From assembly GCA_043810635.1 (NCBI GenBank), contig JBDRNY010000008.1:1-12837 (forward strand): a stretch of DNA of 12,837 nt. The letters are read 5' to 3'. How positions within the stretch are numbered: the first letter of the stretch is position 1; every line of letters begins with the position of its first letter. Made by a program: the position numbers and the translations under genes. The notes below the pieces were generated by a model. That model searched no databases. It was not told the DNA's origin and saw only the letters and a list, made by a program, of their open reading frames with translations. Positions 6,967 through 12,837 of the stretch are shown here, piece by piece. This stretch comes from Candidatus Micrarchaeota archaeon (lineage in GTDB: Archaea; Micrarchaeota; Micrarchaeia; Anstonellales; Anstonellaceae).

Positions 6967-7753
6967 CAAGATGCCCATCCCAATTTTCCTCTTCTGTAAA
7001 ATGCATTTTTCCGCAAATAATTATTACAGCCGGCCCATCAGGCTCGCTTTTTCCTTTCATTTCATACTCTCTTATTTTCCCAGCCCAAATTTTCTCATCT
7101 TCCCAGCCAACTTTGAATAAAACAAATATCTTTGCATTCTCGCCTATTACTGGCTTTTTTATTCCTCCGCTTTCAATTTGTTTTTGTTGCGCTTTTTTCA
7201 AAATTTCAATTGCTTCAGAAGGCTTCATCCCTCCCATTTTCTCATCAATATCCAGCAAACAAAGCGTATGCGCCCCAATTTCCAAATTCTCTTTTATCAC
7301 ATCAACAAATGATGCAGGAGTATAATTTTCTTTCCAATAAGGAATTGTAATTGTTTTTCCGAATTTGTATATTTGCAATCCAGCCGCCCCTGCAGCAGCC
7401 GTAATTATTGACGAAGCATGCAAAATTCTTGTTTCAATTCCATTTTTTCTCGCAGTTTGCAATAATGAAATATGGGTAGTTGCACTCATCGCATCTCCCG
7501 GCACAATTAATGCAACCAATTTATTTTTCCCGCATACATCCAATATTTTCTTCTCCCCCTCAACATCCTCCCTTTTCAAAATTTCAATTTCCTTACCAAC
7601 CAATTTTTCAATCCTTTCAATCGTCCCCTCTCGTATAATATTTGTATATTTTTCAGCAAATATTTTATCGCATTTTTTCAGTGCTTCCACTGACTTAAGA
7701 GGCAAATCCCTCTCATCACAAATTCCCAATCCCACTAAGTAAAGGGTATTCAT
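6950..7753 (-). CDS. dph5: Diphthine synthase (diphthamide biosynthesis methyltransferase)
   Basis: LYLVGLGI, AEKYTN, PGDAMSATTH, HASSI, GLQIYKFGKTITIP and HTLCLLDI motifs. Confidence 0.93.
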   Translation of the reverse strand: MNTLYLVGLGICDERDLPLKSVEALKKCDKIFAEKYTNIIREGTIERIEKLVGKEIEILKREDVEGEKKILDVCGKNKLVALIVPGDAMSATTHISLLQTARKNGIETRILHASSIITAAAGAAGLQIYKFGKTITIPYWKENYTPASFVDVIKENLEIGAHTLCLLDIDEKMGGMKPSEAIEILKKAQQKQIESGGIKKPVIGENAKIFVLFKVGWEDEKIWAGKIREYEMKGKSEPDGPAVIIICGKMHFTEEENWDGHLANPFF

Positions 7754-7805
7754 ACTGGAAATCTACCCATGCAAAAAATATAATCCCTCCCCACCCAATC
7801 TATTT
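7754..7805. promoter_or_regulatory. 52-bp divergent promoter region between dph5 and nre
   Basis: AATATAAT (7777-7784; ATTATATT on the minus strand) lies 22-31 nt from both start codons. Confidence 0.55.
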
Positions 7806-9074
7806 ATGGATATATTGGGCTTGGCAAAAAAAGCAAGAAAAGAAGGGGCTGTGTTAAACAGGGGGAAAGATTTAACTGACCTCTGTCCTGCTTGCAAAAG
7901 AAACGGAAGGATATATTGCCCCCACAAGCCGATGCTTGCAATAAAAGCAGAATTGGCAAGGGAATTTGACAAGCAGGATTTTTTCGGCCCCTCCCCCCCG
8001 AATTTGTTTGTAGGGGAATATAATTATCCGAATATAACTTGGGGGCCTGCAATTTCCCTTGCAGAGGGAATACCTGACAATCCAAAATATTGGTATGGGT
8101 GGGGGTTTGATGCAATAGTGCGCGCCAGAAGCATGCAAATAAGGGGAAAGGCAAAAAGTACTGTTTCTGCCGCAAAAATAAGAAGCCCGGGGCTTGGAAG
8201 GGAAGAAAAAATAAGCAGAATGCTTTTAGATGCCCAAGAAAGTTCCATGTCTTCCGTACCTGTTGATTTGGAAGCCCATTTTTCAAAAAAGCCGAATTTG
8301 CAAATTCAATTTTATGCAATATCCCAGCCAACAGGCCCTTCTGCACCTATGGAAAAACTGAAAATTGTTGACAATCCGAAAATACCCGGCAAAGTGGATG
8401 AATTGGTTGAGGAAGGGATAAATGCGAGCAATGCAATTAGGGAGCTTACTTGTGCAGGATTTGATGAGCATTATTTAACCCGATTGCTTACTTGTGGAGT
8501 GCTTGGAAATAAGAAGAGAAGAAAATTGGTGCCGACTAAATGGGGCATTACTGCAATAGATGATATGATTGCAAAGCAAAATATGGAAAAAATACGCGAC
8601 TTTTCTGAAAATTCTAAATATCTCTTTTATCAAAATGAATATTTGGCAAACAGATTTTCAATTTTGTTGCTTCCGGGTGCATGGGAATATGAAAATTTTG
8701 AAGCATGGTGTGGCTCTTCAGGAAGATATGCAATAAGTGAGGAATATGAATCTTATTGGGGAAGAAGTGAATATGCCTTTTCACAGGGAGGGGGCTATTA
8801 TGCTGCCCGCTTTGCAGTATGCGAAGCATTGGCAAGCAAAATAAGGAGGCAGGCGCGGGTTGTTGTTATAAGGGAAATCATGCCAGAATATGATTTGCCT
8901 TGCGGCGTCTGGGTATTGCGTCAGACTGTGAGGGAAGCATTCCGAAATTCAGCAGTGGAATTTTCCTCATTTAACGAGATGATTGAATATATCAAGCCAA
9001 AGCTAAAAATTCCATTTTCCAAATATTTGTCCAAAAGCACCATATTAAGGCAGCGCCGCCTCTCAGATTTTTAA
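7806..9074 (+). CDS. nreA: Archaeal Nre-family DNA repair protein with C-terminal PCNA-interacting (PIP) motif
   Basis: N-terminal CPAC...YCPH, FFGPSPPNLFVGEYNYP, KLVPTKWGITAIDD, GGGYYAARFAVCE, GVWVLR, and C-terminal QRRLSDF (QxxLxxF). Confidence 0.88.
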   Translation: MDILGLAKKARKEGAVLNRGKDLTDLCPACKRNGRIYCPHKPMLAIKAELAREFDKQDFFGPSPPNLFVGEYNYPNITWGPAISLAEGIPDNPKYWYGWGFDAIVRARSMQIRGKAKSTVSAAKIRSPGLGREEKISRMLLDAQESSMSSVPVDLEAHFSKKPNLQIQFYAISQPTGPSAPMEKLKIVDNPKIPGKVDELVEEGINASNAIRELTCAGFDEHYLTRLLTCGVLGNKKRRKLVPTKWGITAIDDMIAKQNMEKIRDFSENSKYLFYQNEYLANRFSILLLPGAWEYENFEAWCGSSGRYAISEEYESYWGRSEYAFSQGGGYYAARFAVCEALASKIRRQARVVVIREIMPEYDLPCGVWVLRQTVREAFRNSAVEFSSFNEMIEYIKPKLKIPFSKYLSKSTILRQRRLSDF

Positions 9075-9097
9075 CCAACCCCACCATTTTCCCCTTC

Positions 9098-9113
9098 CAG
9101 AAACATTTAAAAA
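9098..9113 (+). promoter_or_regulatory. Putative BRE-TATA promoter
   Basis: cagaaa-ca-TTTAAAAA, followed by an SD-like ggtgtga (9136-9142) before ATG 9148. Confidence 0.5.
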
Positions 9114-9147
9114 GGTGTAATCCGAATATAGTTATGGTGTGATAATT

Positions 9148-9873
9148 ATGACCTTTAAACAAGTAGCTAACAAAGTATGGCGAGCTGCAAAATATCCTGT
9201 AACAGCTGCCGTTGGCATAGCAGCAACCCTCTTTTTCCTCAAACAATGTGACTCCGCACGAGAATATGCTGGTTTGAAAGAAAAGACAAAAACAGATACC
9301 TTAGAGATAATTAACTCTTATGAAAAAAGCCGCATTACAGACTCACTTGATTTGGTAGAGCTTGATTATAATGCAGTCAAAAATGCCAAGCCAACCGGAA
9401 TTAAACTTCCTGTAATCTCAGAATATAATGGCCGCTATGTTAAGGGCGAGAAAAAGATTTATCGTGTAGTGGGGGGAGTTTCTTCAGAAATTGATGCCAA
9501 TACTGCTTTGGACGAATTAAGAGATAAAAATGCAAAGCAGCGGCATCAGATTAAAGCGCTGAAAAACAAGATTGCCGGACTTAAAGAGCAGAACAAGGAA
9601 TCGGAATACCAAATTGTAAGCTTGCAGAGCCAGATTAAAGCGCTGAAAAACAAGATTGCCGGACTTAAAGAGCAGAACAAGGAATCGGAATACCAAATTG
9701 CAGGGCTGCAGCATCAGATTAAAGCGCTGAGAAAGGAAATTGCTGAACTTAAGGGTCAGAAGAAGAAACTGAAAAGAGAAAATGCAGAGCTACAGAAGAA
9801 TATTAGAGAATTGATACAAATGTTAGCTAAGAAAGAAGAAGGAGACATGTCTGGCCCTCCTTCCTATAAATAA
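9148..9873 (+). CDS. Hypothetical membrane-anchored coiled-coil protein
   Basis: Basic N-terminus plus hydrophobic segment (VTAAVGIAATLFFL); the C-terminal ~115 aa are continuous heptads. ATG 9148 is preferred over GTG 9139 because the SD-like motif overlaps the GTG. Confidence 0.7.
   Translation: MTFKQVANKVWRAAKYPVTAAVGIAATLFFLKQCDSAREYAGLKEKTKTDTLEIINSYEKSRITDSLDLVELDYNAVKNAKPTGIKLPVISEYNGRYVKGEKKIYRVVGGVSSEIDANTALDELRDKNAKQRHQIKALKNKIAGLKEQNKESEYQIVSLQSQIKALKNKIAGLKEQNKESEYQIAGLQHQIKALRKEIAELKGQKKKLKRENAELQKNIRELIQMLAKKEEGDMSGPPSYK
9547..9798 (+). repeat. In-frame tandem repeat, ~3 x 84 bp (28 aa = 4 heptads)
   Basis: cagattaaagcgctga starts at 9547, 9631 and 9715. 9547-9616 is identical to 9631-9700 (70 bp); the third copy is diverged. 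Confidence 0.93.
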
Positions 9874-9951
9874 TCCCTTCTTTTCCTACTTTCTTTTTTA
9901 TTCAAAGAAAACGCTTATTAACCGCCACATCTATTTCTATTTGGTGGTAAT

Positions 9952-10509
9952 ATGCTTGACATAATACTAATAGTCCTTGTAATTATTGTAGTTTTCATAC
10001 TTCTATTTTTTGTATTAATGTACAACAACCTCATCACTCTCCGCGCCAGGGTGAATAATGCCTGGTCCCAGATAGATGTGCAGCTTACCAAAAGATATGA
10101 AATGGTGCCGAATTTGGTGGAGACCGTGAAGGGGTATGCAAAGCATGAAAAAGAAGTGTTTGAAAAAGTAACCCGCGCCAGAAGCCAGTGGTCAAAGGCA
10201 TCAACTGTCGGGGAAAAGGCAAAAGCAGACAATATGTTTGCAGGGGCGCTGAAAAGCCTGCTGATGGTTGCTGAAAATTACCCTAAATTAAGGGCAAATG
10301 AAAATTTCAAGCTGCTTCAGGAGCAGTTGGAAGGGATTGAATCTAAAGTTGCATATGCACGCCAGTTTTACAATGATTCTGTGCTTGAATACAATACAAA
10401 AATACAGCATATGCCTGATGCGTTAATGGCAAACATTCTTAGCTTTACTTCAAGAGAATATTTCAAGGCAGAAGGCGGCGCAAGAAAAGCAATCAAAGTG
10501 AAATTTTAA
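9952..10509 (+). CDS. lemA: LemA family membrane protein
   Basis: N-terminal TM helix, YNNL...VNNAWSQIDVQLTKRYEMVPNLVETVKGYAKHE, ENYPKLRANENF, ARQFYNDSV..YN. Confidence 0.95.
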   Translation: MLDIILIVLVIIVVFILLFFVLMYNNLITLRARVNNAWSQIDVQLTKRYEMVPNLVETVKGYAKHEKEVFEKVTRARSQWSKASTVGEKAKADNMFAGALKSLLMVAENYPKLRANENFKLLQEQLEGIESKVAYARQFYNDSVLEYNTKIQHMPDALMANILSFTSREYFKAEGGARKAIKVKF

Positions 10510-10513
10510 CGCC

Positions 10514-10534
10514 CTTTTTTATTTTTAATTTTTT
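10514..10534 (+). terminator. Oligo-T tracts between lemA and htpX (possible partial terminator)
   Basis: tttttttatttttaatttttt just after the lemA stop. Confidence 0.3.
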
Positions 10535-10560
10535 ATCGAATGCGTACTAAAGGGGGTTTT

Positions 10561-11457
10561 ATGGCATCATTTTGGGATGTGCAAATGGAAAACAAATTGT
10601 TTTCATACGGATTAGTCGCATTAATGATACCTATAATTATAGTGCTTGTATGGTTTGCTTCTTGGTTTTTTGAAGGGGGGGAATGGCTCTTTCCTTTGGC
10701 AATTATTTTCTCTATTGTTTATTCAATAGGCGGGTATTATCACGGGGATAAAGTTGTATTGTCTGTTTCAGGCGCAAAGCCTGCAGATGAGAAAGAGCAT
10801 ATTTATTTGCATAATGTAGCCGAAGGATTGGCATTGGCTGCAGGAATTCCAAAGCCCAAATTATATGTAATACAAGATGCCTCCCCGAATGCATTTGCAA
10901 CAGGCAGAGACCCCAAGCATGCATCAATAGCAGTAACCACCGGGCTTATACAAAAAATGAACCGCGCTGAATTAGAAGGTGTAATTGCGCATGAAATGTC
11001 GCATATAAGGAATTTTGACATCCGCTTTATGACAACTGTTGTTGTGCTAGTAGGATTAATTTCAATACTTGCAAATATGATGGGAAGGATGTTTTGGTTT
11101 GGAAGAGGGAGAAGCGACAGAAAAGGCGGCGGCATATTGATGGTAATAGGCATAATACTTGTAATATTCGGCCCCCTTCTGGCTCAATTGGTAAAGCTTG
11201 CAATTTCAAGAAAAAGGGAATATCTGGCAGATGCATCAGCAGCCCAATTAACCCGAAATCCTGACGGATTGGCATCTGCATTGGAGAAATTAAAAACCGC
11301 CCCTGCCATGAAAAATGCAAATGAAGCAACAGCCCCCCTCTTTATTTCAAGCCCTGACGGAGGACAGAGGAAAAAATCATTTATTGATTCTGTCTCCCAT
11401 GTATTTTCCACCCACCCTCCTTTGGATGAGCGAATTAAAACATTGAGGGCGATGTAA
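10561..11457 (+). CDS. htpX: HtpX-like membrane zinc metalloprotease (peptidase M48)
   Basis: PNAFATGR, AVTTGL, ELEGVIAHEMSH (HExxH), ISRKREYLAD, FSTHPP. ATG 10561 follows gggggt; ATG 10540 is an alternative start. Adjacent to lemA as commonly seen. Confidence 0.93.
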   Translation: MASFWDVQMENKLFSYGLVALMIPIIIVLVWFASWFFEGGEWLFPLAIIFSIVYSIGGYYHGDKVVLSVSGAKPADEKEHIYLHNVAEGLALAAGIPKPKLYVIQDASPNAFATGRDPKHASIAVTTGLIQKMNRAELEGVIAHEMSHIRNFDIRFMTTVVVLVGLISILANMMGRMFWFGRGRSDRKGGGILMVIGIILVIFGPLLAQLVKLAISRKREYLADASAAQLTRNPDGLASALEKLKTAPAMKNANEATAPLFISSPDGGQRKKSFIDSVSHVFSTHPPLDERIKTLRAM

Positions 11458-11485
11458 TTTTTTACAATGATTGCGAGCGGGAAAG

Positions 11486-11506
11486 CCTGCCCTTTTAAAG
11501 GGCAGG
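11486..11506 (+). repeat. IS left-end subterminal hairpin
   Basis: cctgccctt-tta-aagggcagg, perfect 9-bp stem. Confidence 0.9.
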
Positions 11507-11554
11507 ATGAGAGCGAGCCAATAAGCCAGTGGAAAGTTACCCCTTCCAAACTTC

Positions 11555-11562
11555 TTTATAAA
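11555..11562 (+). promoter_or_regulatory. Putative TATA box for tnpB
   Basis: TTTATAAA begins 27 nt upstream of ATG 11582. Confidence 0.55.
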
Positions 11563-11581
11563 GCCCCTGCAACAGCTTATC

Positions 11582-12790
11582 ATGCGCAACTACAGATACA
11601 GAATCTACCCCACGAGAAAGCAGCAAAACAAGCTCAATGCCCAAATGAAGCTCTCAAAACAAGCATACAATTTTCTGCTTGAAAAAGCAAAAGAAAAATT
11701 CAAAAAAGAGGGGAAAACACTCTCAAAATTTGATATGGACAAGCTTATCATCCAATTAAAAAAAGAGAAGCCAGAATACAAACAGCCCCACTCCCAAGTA
11801 TTGCAAAACATCTCGAACAGAGTATCTAAAGCTTATTCAAATTTCTTCAGAAGGGTGAAAGAGAAGAAAAAAGGAAAGAACATAAAGGCAGGCTTTCCAA
11901 GAATCAAAAAATATGCAAAAAGCCTTACCTACCCCCAATCTGGCTTCTCATTTACTTCAGACAAGCGCATCTTTCTCTCAAAAGTAGGCAGCATGCTAAT
12001 TTCCATGCACAGGCCTCCAAAAGGGAAACTCAAGACATTAACAATCAAAACTTCCGCCTCAAACAAATGGCATATTGCAATTACCTGCGATATTCCAAAA
12101 GTAAAATTCAAGCCAAACAACAAACCAAAAGTTGGATTAGATGCAGGAATAACAAATTTTGCAACCCTTTCAAACAGCATAAAATTTTCAAACCCAAAAT
12201 TCCTAAACAAAGCATTGCCAAAGCTCAAACTATTGCAGCAATCCCTCTCAAGAAAAAAGAAGAAAAGCAACAAGAGAAGAAAAGCAAAGCTCAAACTATC
12301 CCTATTCCATGAAAAAATAGATAATTGCAGAAACGACTTTCTGCACAAATTATCCAACATACTTACAAATTCTTATTCTATTATTGCAATTGAAAAATTA
12401 AATGTAAAAAATATGCTCAAAAATTCCTATTTGTCCAGAAGCATTATGGATGCCTCCTGGGCATCATTTATAGCAATGCTTTGCTACAAGGCTGAGAGAG
12501 CTGGTTGCAGAGTAATTGCTATAAATCCAAAAAATAGTAGCAAAAAATGCAGCAACTGCGGAAACTTGAGAGAAATGCCCTTAAATAAAAGAGTATACAA
12601 CTGCCCTGTATGCAAGATGAGTGCAGACAGGGATGTCAATGCTGCAAAAAATCTCATCAATTCTGTGATTTCAAATCACTATGCTGTGGGGCACACAGTG
12701 AAAGCCTGCCTAAAAAGGGTCTCTACTCCAAACGTTGCGCTTGGGGCAAGCAATTTTAATGAAGTGGGAACTATAAATCAAGTATGCTAA
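11582..12790 (+). CDS. tnpB: RNA-guided endonuclease TnpB (IS200/IS605 OrfB)
   Basis: N-terminal YRYRIYPT region, GFPR.K, RuvC-I GLDAG (D187), RuvC-II IAIEKL (E271), zinc ribbon CSNC..CPVC, RuvC-III DRDVNAAKN (D351). Confidence 0.96.
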   Translation: MRNYRYRIYPTRKQQNKLNAQMKLSKQAYNFLLEKAKEKFKKEGKTLSKFDMDKLIIQLKKEKPEYKQPHSQVLQNISNRVSKAYSNFFRRVKEKKKGKNIKAGFPRIKKYAKSLTYPQSGFSFTSDKRIFLSKVGSMLISMHRPPKGKLKTLTIKTSASNKWHIAITCDIPKVKFKPNNKPKVGLDAGITNFATLSNSIKFSNPKFLNKALPKLKLLQQSLSRKKKKSNKRRKAKLKLSLFHEKIDNCRNDFLHKLSNILTNSYSIIAIEKLNVKNMLKNSYLSRSIMDASWASFIAMLCYKAERAGCRVIAINPKNSSKKCSNCGNLREMPLNKRVYNCPVCKMSADRDVNAAKNLINSVISNHYAVGHTVKACLKRVSTPNVALGASNFNEVGTINQVC

Positions 12791-12837
12791 ACATGCTTGG
12801 GTGGAAGCCCCCGCATTTATGCGGGGGAGGATGTCAC
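12665..12837 (+). ncRNA. Putative TnpB omega-RNA (reRNA) scaffold overlapping the tnpB 3' end; 5' boundary approximate
   Basis: Series of stems: gtgatt/aatcac (12665-79), ctgtg/cacag (12684-98), gcttg/caagc (12739-51), tcaagtatg/catgcttgg (12778-12800, with G-U pairs) and the right-end hairpin. Location matches known reRNAs. Confidence 0.65.
12808..12827 (+). repeat. IS right-end subterminal hairpin
   Basis: cccccgca-ttta-tgcggggg, perfect 8-bp stem ending 10 nt before the element end. Confidence 0.9.

Larger units (their letters stand above)
11466..12837 (+). mobile_element. IS200/IS605-family tnpB-only (IS1341-type, non-autonomous) element, 1372 bp
   Basis: Left: TTAC (11462-65), then AAAG (11482-85) and hairpin 11486-11506. 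Right: GAAG (12804-07), hairpin 12808-12827 and terminal TCAC (12834-37). Contains tnpB; no room for tnpA. Confidence 0.88.

Noticed and set aside
5354..9798. 63-bp and 84-bp repeats as a CRISPR array or DGR template/variable pair
   Set aside because: They are head-to-tail, in frame and inside ORFs, with no unique spacers. Mismatches are not adenine-specific, and no cas or reverse transcriptase gene is present.
9952..11457. lemA-htpX pair as a novel system
   Set aside because: A well-known, widespread gene pair; its adjacency to tnpB is explained by IS insertion.
11467..11682. 71-aa ORF at the IS left end as a possible tnpA
   Set aside because: No HUH or catalytic Tyr motif, too short, runs through the end hairpin and overlaps tnpB out of frame.
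229..12360. Remaining short overlapping ORFs in the track (e.g. 987..1460, 3271..3555, 7365..7742, 7804..8346, 11929..12360)
   Set aside because: Antisense or alternate-frame shadows of well-supported genes, with no recognisable motifs.
12631..12639. ggatgtcaa resembling the right end ggatgtcac
   Set aside because: Encodes the conserved RuvC-III R-D-V-N residues and has no preceding end hairpin or guide.
12700..12710. gaaagcctgcc, identical to left-end 11481-11491
   Set aside because: Lacks the second hairpin arm; an 11-mer match can arise by chance and the segment is better explained as part of the omega-RNA pairing.
1..12837. tRNA, rRNA, SRP or RNase P RNA genes
   Set aside because: Intergenic gaps are short (at most ~180 nt) and show no cloverleaf, T-loop or other recognisable signature by eye; a tRNAscan/Infernal run would be needed to exclude them formally.

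Overview
Compact archaeal chromosomal segment. RNA polymerase subunit K, Dph5, an Nre protein with a PIP box, mevalonate kinase and TATA/leaderless-type starts mark it as archaeal; a reduced DPANN/Micrarchaeota-like genome is my inference only. Left to right: the 3' part of a Cys/Pro-rich CARDB surface protein, a transglutaminase-fold protein lacking all three catalytic residues, a bPH_2 membrane protein, rpoK (missed by the ORF track), mevalonate kinase, a 51-aa membrane peptide, a membrane-anchored hypothetical, a 670-aa RelA/SpoT-type HD hydrolase expanded by nested internal duplications, dph5, nre, a membrane-anchored coiled-coil protein with 84-bp repeats, and lemA-htpX. A complete tnpB-only IS200/IS605 (IS1341-type) element fills 11466-12837; its end hairpins, guide tetranucleotides, cleavage sites (TTAC/TCAC) and omega-RNA region can be read from the sequence. 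The most unusual items are the expanded HD protein, an 11-bp motif at identical spacing upstream of the HD gene and nre, two 52-bp divergent promoters, and the intact TnpB element with a predictable TAM. No CRISPR array, tRNA or rRNA was seen.
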